Of a stretch of 64,000 bases of DNA, positions 26,201 through 38,200 are shown in pieces. A program made the position numbers and the translations under genes. Position 1 is the first letter of the stretch. Each line of letters begins with the position of its first letter. Below the pieces are notes generated by a model. The model was given only the letters and a program-made list of their open reading frames with translations, did no database searches and was not told where the DNA came from. This stretch comes from Nageia nagi (taxonomy: Eukaryota > Plantae > Pinophyta), in NCBI GenBank assembly GCA_050084985.1, contig JBITNC010000001.1, positions 169,446,001 to 169,510,000 of the forward strand, in the 5' to 3' direction.

Positions 26201-29200
26201 CCTTATCTGTGGCTACCCGCTCTAGCTCCTTTGCATCATGCTCATCCATGGTGGTGAGCTCTTGTCGTATAACTCGTTTAATTGGGTTCTTGCCACGCAT
26301 GGTTGCATACTACCCAACAGGTGTCTTGTTTACTGGAGAAGATTAGGTGACCTTGGAAGTAGACTCTTGAATTCTTCTTCCTTTGTTCCGCAAGAGTCTC
26401 TTGCTAATTGTGGCTTACACACGGTGTTGCTCATCACTTGCATTCTTGTGTTCCCTTTCTCATATCCTCTTGATCTCTACCTCATTGCTGATATTCTGGA
26501 AAGGTTCCTCGTCTGCAAGTGGCTTATGTTCATAGGGTTTCTTCCTTTCCTTCATGAAGAATGAGTGCAACCTATGGTCTGGATCATAGTGGTCGGTTGA
26601 AGGCATCTTTTTGAAGTTGAACCTAGCCAACTCTTCTTTCATAACATCCACATCCGTTCAGAACTTACACTGGTATTCTCCCATAGCAATCGGCAGATTT
26701 GATGTAACCGATTTCTTTTGCCACACCTATTCGTGTAAAAAGGCCAATTGCCTCATCATCTCCATTAGCAGAATCTTGTTATTCATGAACCTTGGCAATT
26801 GATAGGGTTGTACAGCTGATCGATGTATACGAATATAAGAGAAGTGTTGGTGATGGACGAAGAAATCGCCATGCTTCTTCAAAGCATCTTGGGCGGAATT
26901 GGAGATCCGTGCCATTGTGATTTCTCCCTTAAGTTCCTTATATATCTCATATTCCCATCCACCGTTTTTCATTGTTAAACTATTCCACCTTCTCTCTAAC
27001 TTCCACTTGGGATAACACTTCCAAATGGAGTAAGTTCCTCTTCCTATCCAAGCCGTCTCACCCTGCGTTGTAACCCTGTATCTTCCGTGGAGCAACATCT
27101 ATACCTAGTAAGAATTGAGGTAGAATTTAGGAGTTGTATCAATGGTTGACAATTGATCTGCTATTAAGTCGCTCAACACCTTACTCCATCGGATCGTTCT
27201 GCCTCTAGCAATCTCAAGAATGAACCCAAAGAACTCCATCCTGAATTTTGAAGTGTCTTCCTTCTTGAGAACTTTGGATAACAGAAGAATCATTAACTTG
27301 ACTGCCGGGTAGAAGTTAGAGCGAGGAGCATTGATGAGTGCATTTCCCTTCAACCCGTGATGTTCTTCAAACATCTAACTCTTAATAGCGATGGATGCCC
27401 TGGGAGTCTCTTGGTAGCATGTGAGTGACCTAGCTTCGCTATATTCATAGTCACCCTCCGAATTCCATTGAAATGTTGCTTTAATAGCTTCGGGGCGAAA
27501 GTCCATAATGATGTCTCCCTTGATGTCTTGGAGGATTCTCTCTCCCTTCTGCCAGTGGTGACCGACTTCCATGCACAACTCAGGGAATGGGGTTGTGAAT
27601 GGGATGAAGGCGTAGGTGGAGAGCCTGAAGAAGAAGACAATGTTCTGCTTTAGGTCAGTGGAAGGAAGCCATCGAATGCTCTCCCTCATCTGCATGGGGT
27701 CTATGTTTTGCTAGTCAGTATCTCCGATGATTGCCAAACCGTTCCTTGAGAACTTGGCCCCTTGGGGAAGGGCTTGTTGTCTCTCAAGAATGGAGATGAT
27801 GCCATCCTATTTCAATCGCTCGAGGTCCCTAGCAAAGTCAGGAGCCGAATTGCCCTTGGAGGGAGTCATGGTATTTTCAATTGTGACATGGCTCACCAAG
27901 GATGCTACGTGGGTTTCCAAGTGAGAATAACCCTCACATGATGGTAGCTAGCCTCCCAAATGTTTTTACAAGCCCTAAGATGCACTAATGAAGATGTTTG
28001 GATGAAAATATATGCAATTTCCTGCTATTTTGGCGTAAGGGTAGAAGTGGAGCAAGTTTTGAATTTTGGAAAATGAGGTCCCAAAGCTTGTATTTATAGC
28101 CAATTTGTCTCCCACCTTGCCCTAGTTGGCTAGGGTTTCTATCAAACCTGATCATAGCCCTCTACCTGGCCGACCTCGAGATGTGTGTCTGTTCGAAAAC
28201 TCATGCCAAGCCTCTTGTGTTTAGACGTTGGGGTCCAGAAGGTCATCTAGGCTTGGTGCATAAAACAAAAGACAGAAAGGTGACTTTTTAAACCATGTGC
28301 CAGCCTTGGAAGGGAGTATGCTGCCAACGTTGGGTCTCTTGGTCATGTGCTTGCTTAGATCTTCTAACTCACCCATTGACTTGATTTCTCTCGATTTTTG
28401 GTCTTCCAATCGGCTGAATTTATCAATTTTGAGGCTTCGTTTCAAACTGGGCAACCTGTAGGCTTGGCGCATGCTTTCAAAAGTCAAGATTGTGAGTTTT
28501 TGAGGCATGCGCCAAGCTTGCCTACCCCTCCAACTTGGTCGCATGGTTTAAAAAGACAAGATTGTCTTTTTGAAACATGCGCTAGCCTCCTGTTGGCCTA
28601 TTTTGCGAATTTTGATCTTCAAATGCTCATGCCTTAGTTGAATTTTCATGCTTCTCAAATCTTGGAGGCTTCTTGGGCTTGGCAGATGCCTTGAAAAGTC
28701 AAGAATTTGTCTTTTGAGGTCATGCGCCAGCCCCCCTGAATATGCTTGAGTTGGTTTTGAGTTCCCCCGGTCCATTCCTTGTCAAATTTTCACTTTTTGT
28801 CAAATTGAAAGCCCTTCCAAGCTTGGTTCATGGTTCAAAAGACAAGATTTTGCCCTTTTGAGGCATGCGCCAAACTCCTGGGTGACTTAGATTCTTTTTC
28901 CGGCATCCAAACTTGCTCAACTTGTCCTCCTGGCCAACTTGCATGGTTCAAAAAGACAAGATTTTGTATTTTTGAAGCATGCGCCAGCCTCCTAGTGTCT
29001 TTGCCTTAGGATTATTGTGGTTTCTTTTGGTCCAGAATGCTTCCTATCTTTGGCGCATGCTCAGGAAAGTCAAAGTTTTGTCTCCTAGAGGCATGTGCTG
29101 GGCTTGTAAGTGCCCAAACTTCATCTTCGAACCTTCCCTCTCGCCTGAATGGCCTTTTGGCCTAGTTGCCTAGTTTGACTTATCAGTTTTTGGCTCGTCT

Positions 29201-32200
29201 TGGACTTCCTAATTCACCTAGATTTGACTTTTACTCTAGATTCGACTTTTAATCTTCTCGGACTTAGCCATTCTAAGGAATTTGCAATTTCTATTTTATC
29301 ATGGCTAAGTCTAACGAAGGGAGAGGCTATCAACTATAAGTAGTTCCATGAATGAGGGTCTCAATGATGCAACATGGGGAGTGAAGACGATGACAAAATG
29401 AAGTATATACAAAGGTGTGCTTGAGGGTCCCCAAAATCCTACGATTTTTGGGCATGTTGTATTTTAGTCACAACACTTCTCTTACTGATTTGAGATCCAT
29501 TTAGGTTACAAATCAATAGCAACCACATCCATGGCCTTGTAGTTGGTTCCTTGAATTTGTTTGTGTTGAAGGTGTAGGTTAAGCGCACAAAGACTAAATC
29601 ATTCAAGTGCTTTTGAGTGAACCTATTATGCGTTTTTAAGTAGATGTGCTTAAAGGTGCACCAATTATGCTTAGACCTTAAATAACTAAATTCTTGTATA
29701 AAAACTCACATTGTGACCTTTGAAAGAACTGATGATTTGCCACTCCAATCTTCCTACCATAAATCTAAGAAGAAAAGCAAATCAAATTATTGATTTATTC
29801 TATACAAAGAAATTAGAAAACAAATATGCATAAAGTTACCAACTTCATAACAGTTAAAAAATACAAGTACTTGGTCATCAAGTTACCCTTTTTAGATGCA
29901 AGTAGGGCTTGATAATCGATATTTCTCTATATACTTGTAAATTGACAATTCATTTGTAGACAATATGTGTTGAATGATTATGTCTAGACCGGTTAGGGCC
30001 TTGCCATTTGCCACATAAATTTTATCCTAAAAATACTTAGGATTCACGCAGCACCATGTTGTGTGCAAACACCTATTTAGTTGATTTGATTGATAATTCC
30101 CCAAATGGGATGGTACTATCTTTCCATATGGTTGTAGAATGAAGCTATGGCCTCTTTTTCCTTAAGCGGATCTTGCTCTTGAACATGGTAATCTATCGTT
30201 GCTCGTGAGATTGGGTAAACTTAATCAATAGGGTAAGAAGCTTGGTTAACTGCCTTTCATCCTGCTGCACCTTCATTGCAAATGCCTTTGTCAATTGCAT
30301 AAAGCACTCTCATCGAGGGCTCAAAAATTGCAAGAGAAATCAAATAAGTGAATTGACAATTACAAATACAATGTGAAATATTAAATTATGAAAATTAAAT
30401 GTTAAGACTTCAAAACATTACTTGAATGATATCGTTTGATACATCTCAAAAATTATCATTAACATCCGTTGCATCACACTTTTGCCCTTTGGCGAATGGG
30501 CATATTTGGAGGTCATCCACATCTCATGAATAAACATTTTCTTCAATGAAGGTCTTGACTTATACAAACTTTGCCATGTGATGAAGTTTGTAGTGAAGCA
30601 AGTCACATTTGGTTGGACAAGCTCTTTCTTTTCATTAAATTGCCTCATCAAATTGAGGACCCTTGTGTGGCCATAGATATATTTTCTTGGCCTTCTCCAA
30701 CATTGGTTTTCAAGTTTCCCAATGTCGTCAAGCATGAGATCAAGACATGGGTAACATATGGAGTTCCAAAAATAACAATAGCCTCTCCTCAAGTATTTCC
30801 CTACTACCACATATGATGTTGCATTGTTTTTTGTTTTTTTCTAATATTGGTGATTTTTTTTTTAAATTTCAAAAAAGGATACTTAAACTCCTTTTACATC
30901 TACCATGTAGGGGTAGGGAAATTTGAACCTAGGCCTCCCATGGAGCGTTCCCATTATTTCCCCAACTCCCCTAATATGGATGAACATATGAAGTTGCATT
31001 GTTATGTTTAATTGAATAAACAAATTACATGGCTTCACTACTATGCTAGGAAAGTATCTTGCATCTAATGAGCTCTTCTTAGTATTTGGTTGTATGTGGG
31101 TGCTTATGTATGAGTCTGAGATAGTTGTCCTCAACATAACAACTGTCCTTGGCTGTATGTTTCTCTCATGAGATCTACAAGGCAAGTGCACTTATTTCTT
31201 CCTATGTTCTATTGCTGATTTTGGAGAAACTATAATTCTATCGAATCACATAAATCAAAAGCTTTTTCTAAATTCTTGTTCAATGGGAAATTCTATTGTT
31301 GTTTTTACTTTTGTTTCTGAGCATGCTTCATGTAGTTTCTACACATGATTTGCATTCTACATGGTTCTAATTCTTAAAGGAAAAACAAAATTTGTTCTCT
31401 CTTGCTATACTACATTTCAATTCTTTACTTATCAATATCAGATGTGGCTTTTGATATACTTTATGCTGGAGATACTAGTGTGATTCACCAAAGTTTGCAT
31501 GAACGGCATCAACTTCTTCGAGAGGTTGTGAAGCCTCTGAAGGGTCGATTAGAGATTTTAGTTCCTCAAGCTAATCCAAAGTCATGCCTCACTTCTGGTA
31601 AAAATTCACCTTGCTCTTGTGGTCTCTAATATCTGTGATTTATTGCAAGGATTATTATACTATTTAGTTTTGTCTTTGATAAAATTGCCATAAAATGTTA
31701 ACGTTTGTAGTGACATGAATTAGTCTTCATTTTTATTGTTCTTCCAAAATTGTGGCGCACCATTTTATGTGAAGCTGCCCTTGTGTTGAAGTAAATACCA
31801 ATAATCCTCTAAATTGAAAAATATTTTCTTCTTTCTTATTAATGTATTTAAAGCTTCATATTTGATACAAGATTTGTGAAATTGCTTCATTTTATCATTG
31901 CAGGTGAACCTTGTAGGTCGTTTGTTGCCCATAGTGTAGAAGAAGTTGCAAAGTTTTTTCAAGAAACAGTTGAAAATAGGTTTGTATGGTACTAATTCGT
32001 GGGTTACTTATGTAAATAGTGTTATGCATTGTTGTTTTCCTTTCAAAATTATCTTTGTCTCAACATCAATTAAATCAGCTGGTTACAAGATGAGTCAAAT
32101 AATTATTGCTTTGAATTTGTTTTAACTTATGGGTTTTAATATTATGATTTTTCATATTTAAGGTTCTTATTATTTTGTCAATGTCGATAAATGAGACAAA

Positions 32201-35200
32201 TGTACAAGTATTACCCAGGCAACACCCCTTACTATTAATCTTAAGTGCAATTGTCAATTGGTGGATTTAGTATTCAATTGTTTGAATGTTTTGCATAGAT
32301 ATATTATTTATCTAACTTACGAAATTTGCTGAATTTCAAGCATTAGATTCGAGATTTGACGAGCATCATATCAAAACCGGCGAATAAAATAATTAATTTG
32401 ATTTAGAAAAAAAAAACTGCCGTCCTGCTGCCCTTACCGTTTTGTTATCATGGCCCTGCCCGTGCAACTCTGGCTGCGTGGCCCTGACTGGCGTAGCTGT
32501 GCTGGGTTAAGGCCGGCGCTAGTTTTGTTTAGTTTTTTAAATTCGTTTATTTGTTTTTAAATTCATTTTGTTCTAGTTTTAAAACATGTTTAAATTCATT
32601 TTTCTTAACTTATTTATATTTATATATATTTTTTAAATATGTTTGTTTAATTGTTTTTAAACTTGTTTATTTCATTAAATTTGAAATGTATAGATTATTT
32701 TCATATTAAATTTTTATAAATGAATTTAAATTTATAATTTAAAAAATTATAGGTTAATTTCATTTGTTTAATATAATAAATAAATATAAATTTCCATTAA
32801 ATATTTTAATAATATTAATTTTATTTAAAAAATTATTAATTTTAATATCATATTTTTTTAAAATTAATAATAATATTTTAAAATGAATTTTATATATAAA
32901 TATACATACATTAATTTTTTAAATAATAAAAAAATGAAAGTTTTAATTAAATTATTTTGTATTAAAAAACAATAATAATATATTGAATTTTACATCAAAT
33001 TTTAATGTTATATTTTTTGTATTACTAAAATTACTTTTAAATGAACTTAAATATATAGTATAATAAAATTTACCAATATTAATTTTTTAAATGGTAAATA
33101 AATACAAATTTTAATTAAAATAGTTTTTATTTAAAAAATAAAAATAAACATAAATATTTGTTATTTTATAATAATTTAACATGTTTATAAAAATATTTTA
33201 ACATATTTTTATTATGTCGAATTTATCAAACTCGAATTTTGTAAGTTAGTGTGTGTGTATATATATATATATATAAATATAAGTTTAAAATTAATTAGAA
33301 TACTGCTAAGTATCACCCAGTTAACACTTCTTACTATAAAAGCAGAGAGATAAAAGAAAGAAACTTTATTGATGTCCATGGGTGACCAAAGTAGATTAAT
33401 GGGATTTGAAAGGAAATATTTATATACAAAGTATTAGGAAGGCCCAAAGGGGGTTGAAATAAAAATAAACAAAGCTAAAGATACAACTAGACATTGCTAA
33501 TGTATAGTATGATACGAGATATGCTTTGGCATCTGCTGAAAAGTAAGTAGTGTAAGTTAGCTGATCATAACCTTTTGGAATTTGACTTTTAAAGCATCAA
33601 TTTGTAGTAAATTACCAAACCAGAGGAGATATGTTATAAACTTGGTAATGATCAGCTATGTACACAATTTATTAGCTTATTGGATGTAAATTTTATGAAT
33701 AACTAGCACTTATTTTGACTGTCGTGCTGTAGTGGAATTTTCTTAAAGCTCTTTGCCTTTGTATAATGTAGCTATCTCATTTCATTTTATGGCCTTCCAG
33801 TAGATTCTGGATTTATATGTTGTAAATGAACTTGAACATGGTTTAATAAGAAAATAACAAATACAATTTTGAAGTAGTATCCAATTTAGTGTCTATTTTG
33901 TGAATCTTTGGAATCCATTCTTCTTTCTTTTACCATTTTTATAATTCCTTTTTGTATTTTCAATTGTAATTTATTGCATATCTGACTTGGTCTTGTCCTC
34001 CTAATATTGCTTCTTGTTGCATTTCATAATTCTCATTAACTTCTGCTTTTGCCTTTTCTACCTTTCTGTTTGAGTGTTCACTGTTGTTCAGCAGTTCTCA
34101 TGTTTAATCATTTTCTTGCCGTCGAGGTGTTTGCAAGTTGTCTATGCCTTGACATTACAGTTGGAGTACTAATATTACAATTTTGAGTATTGCTAGAAGG
34201 AAACTTGTGCCAATGTTGACAAGGAATAAAAAAACATGGAACATCTAGACTGGATGGGTTTTCATGTGTCATTTAATTAGAAAGAAAGAAAAATAATTAA
34301 TGTCTATAAGAGGCCAAAGTAGGTCAAGAGGGGAAAAGTAAATTGCATCACAATAATGTGGGAAGATGAGGAAAGACCTCCAAAGTTATCTAACAAAAAG
34401 CACAAATAACCATGTAACCAAATATAACATCTAATGGCACACATGGTTCAATTCTAATACAGTTTTAGGACAAGGTGGTTCAGTGACCATGTATGAGAAT
34501 GATTTTTTACCGCAGCGAAAATAGGTGTCGAAGTTTAGAGACCCTTGTTGGACCCCAGTGTGTTGGGATGGAAATCATTTCTCTAACAAATGGTCATCGT
34601 TGAGATGGTAAACTGGGAAAGCATCACAACATTTAGGTGAGATAGCATTACATATTCCCTCTTGTAAGGATTGAAAGTCCATAGTTAAAAAAATCGGAAT
34701 TGAATCGGGATTGTTTGGTTGCTGGATTCTGATTTTTTGAAAAATTAGATAAAATCGGATAAAATCGGCATGGAGAAAAAATGAAGGAATTTCTCTTATT
34801 TGATATTAAAACAAATCAGTTTTAGCTAAATCTGAATATTGCACATCAAATAGACAACATTCCATATAGAATAACACATAAAATATCCAACATTGCATAT
34901 CAAAGAAATTGTAGAGTTCGATATTACATATCGAATGTCAAGTGTCGAGGATCAAAAACATTAAAGATTTTCAATGTGACATAACAAAATCTGAATCACA
35001 AGATTCAAAACATTCATCTAGTGATTGCTACTACAACATTGCTATGAGCTATCATCCATGTTTTGCCTTTCGCAATCTCTCTTTTGCAACCCTAGACCAA
35101 GTTGTTATTAGAGGTTCATCATCATCAATATCATCTTCAAGATCAACTCTCTATGTGATGGTCCTGCGGCTAATGTATCCCCTTGGGCCCTTTCTGCTTC

Positions 35201-38200
35201 CATTGCCACCCTTTTAGCTTCCTCTCCCATTGCAGTAGCTCGTGCTTCCAACCTTTGATACTCTTCAAAGGTGAAATCAAAATCTTGACGCTATAAAATC
35301 AAAATGCTTTGCCCATCAAAAGTTGATAAAATATATTCAAAGTCAAATTCAATAGCTAATCTATAAGTTGAAATTTGAAATCAAAATCTCTAACGGTCTA
35401 ACTCTTTTTAGCACATTCTTCAACCATGAAGCCCACACATCACTTGCATCAATCTCATCCAACTCTATCGCATCATTACTTGTTCCTTCAATTTGTCTAT
35501 GACGAAGGCGAAGGTTGTAATGCACAAAAACCAAATCATTCAAGTGCTCATGGGTGAGCCTATTGCACTTCTTTGAATGAATTTGCTCAAAAGTGTTGCA
35601 GTTTCTCTCACAACCAAAAGAACTAGCTGGTTAGGATAAGATTTTTATGGCCACTTTTTGAAGATTTGGTGTATCACCGCAATAATCCTCCCACCATAGA
35701 TCTAAAAAAAAACAGAAAAAAAAACAAATAAGATATGCATTTTTCAAGATGTTACTAATTGGGCAATTCACTTTAAAAAGATTGAAAATGCATTTTGTTA
35801 CCTGGAGCTAGAGTTTTCCTTGATTCTATACATTTTGGGGATGAGAACAAGTAGCCTTGTGCTTTCTTGTAATCTTGAAGCTCTACTCTGAAAATTTTGG
35901 CCATAATCTCCTTATCTGGCACCAAATGGTTAATAGCCTTGTGGAGACCTACAAAATTTAAATGCCTATCAAAATCCAATATATTTAAATTCAATAGGTT
36001 AAGTTGAAAATCGAAGTCAAAATCCTCAAAGTTGATTAATATTTACTAGTGGATACCTGGGTTAATCTCCCCATTCAATGGATTAAAATTGTCTGCATAG
36101 AAGAACTTGGGGTTCAAGTAAATCCCCGCTCCATGTAGAGGCTTATGCAATTGAGTATTCCACCTACGATCAACCATGTCCCAAATGCATTGAAATCTTG
36201 ATGCTTGATAATCGAAAAAAGTAGATACGACCTCCTTTGCCTTATCCATCGTCTCATACACGTACCCCATGGATGGCTACTCTAAGTCCAGAAGGTGAAG
36301 CACTCTGACTAAGGACTCTGTAATCTGCATAGAGAATTATCAATTATACAACTAAATTAATAACAATTTTAATGAATTAAATTTTAATGAATTCAATATG
36401 GAATTATTTGGAATTTCGAACAGTAAAAAAGTGGAAAAGTTGAAAATTAAAATAGAATTATACCCTCAAAATCTGAAGTGCGTCCGTCCAATAATCATCA
36501 TCAAAGATACAATTAACGATATTCTGGCCCTTTGGTTCACATGCATATCTTGACTCCATCCACTTCTTGCTCACAAACATTTGTTTCAATGCAATTCGAG
36601 TATTAAAAATATTCTGTAATGTAAGAAATGATGTTGCAAATCGTGTAGTGGCTGTATGCAAAATTCATAAATTTAATTTAATGAAAAATAAAAAACATAG
36701 AATATAAATGCAATAAATTGAAAGTTGGGAAATAATAAAAAATTTACTAGGACGTATTAGACCCTTTCCATTTGTGAAATCTGTTCTTATCAAATGGAGG
36801 ACCCAAGCATGATTGTAGATATATTTGGTGATATTCTTTGCTGTTTCCACAACCTCTTTGAGCTAATCTACCCTTCCAATGTCCTTAAGAAGTAAGTCGA
36901 TGACATGTGCAACACAAGGAGTGCAAAAAATGGTAGGGTATTCTTTCTCAATCCTCTCCCCTGCTTTAACGTATGCATAATCGTTATTCGTGATAACCTA
37001 CAATGTGCACAACATAAAATTTAAAGTTAAGTTTTAAACTTAGATGAATTAAATTTTAATTATTAAAAATTTAAATAAAAAAATGATAACATGCACAAAA
37101 TAAGCTGAAATGAAATAGATAGAAAATAATAAATATACTTGCACAACATTCTTAGCCGCCACCTCCTCGATGACTATCTGCAGCTACCCAAATAAATAAT
37201 CACTATTTTTTATTTCACCTGATGCATCCATTGATTTCAAGAATACCAGACCTCCTGAAGAAGCAACCAAAAAGTTCATCAAAGTTCTTTGTCGTGTATC
37301 GGTCCAACCATCGCTAAGAATGTTGCAGCCCTTTCTTCTCCAAATCTTCTTTTGCTCATCAGTAACCCTTCTGCAATCTAAAACGGCCACATCCAGCATA
37401 GGACCTCCCAAATCACTGTAAGTTGGTGCTTTGAATCCAACACAAGCAGCAATAGCTCTAACCATGTACTCCCAATATGGCGAGTTTGCCACATCGAAGG
37501 AAAGATTAGAGTAATACCAAAAATTTCCAATTGCCTTTTTGGCTTCATCAAACTTATCCTTATTCCATGATTGATTGAGTGTGGTTTGGCCACTACGAGG
37601 TGCAAAATAATCATGTCTCATTGCACTACTAGGGCCTGCTGGATTCCTCATCTTGCTGGTGGGGATTTGCTTTGCAGTTGCTGTTGTTGGACTACCACTA
37701 GCATTGCCCTCTTCAAAGAAATGGCCCTGGGTAGAACCTGCCCTTGGAAACCCTGGAGGTGGAGGTGGAGGGGGAGTTGGTGGAAACCCTCTGGCAATTT
37801 CTGATTTTGTTCTTTTTTTTGCCTGATTCTTTGTTGCCTTGGCTTCTATGATGGCAACCATTTGCCTCTGTACATCTTGATCCACCTTAGGGCAAGGTCT
37901 CACATTATTCCCAGCCATTATTGCTAAGTGAAATTTCATTCTGTAAATACCTCCACCAATACCTTTCCTACAAAATTGCAAATAAGAGTGCCTGATGTTT
38001 TAGTCTCTATGACATATGGCCAAGCAACATTTGTCCTATCTTTCCTATGGCTTGGAGAACTCATACTTGTAGCTGCAAAAACAAACAAAAAAGAAAAAAA
38101 CAAATAGTTGAAGCCTTGGAGAGAAAATGAAAAACACCCATCAAAACTCCCAAAGTATTGGAAAGTTGGAAATTTACTTGGAATCTCTTCAAACTTGTTG

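Larger units (their letters stand above)
23517..29475 (-). mobile_element. Giant solo-LTR-like element B, 5,959 bp, with internal degenerate ORF
   Basis: TGTTG...CAACA ends; perfect TSD CTTCT (23512-23516, 29476-29480); no gag, pol, PBS or PPT. Confidence 0.87.
23004..30980 (-). mobile_element. hAT remnant interrupted by element B (pieces about 23004-23516 and 29481-30980)
   Basis: LDLMLDDIGKL, KYIYGH..VLNLMR, TCFTTNF, and LNDLVFVRLNL motifs; TAGTGTT terminus with GTTCCC subterminal repeats; right end approximate. Confidence 0.75.
3359..31441 (+). other. LIG4: U12-type GT-AG intron, 28,083 nt
   Basis: 5' site GTATCCTTTT; 3' end TTCTTTACTTATCAATATCAG with a degenerate branch motif close to the AG and no pyrimidine tract after it. 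Confidence 0.82.
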
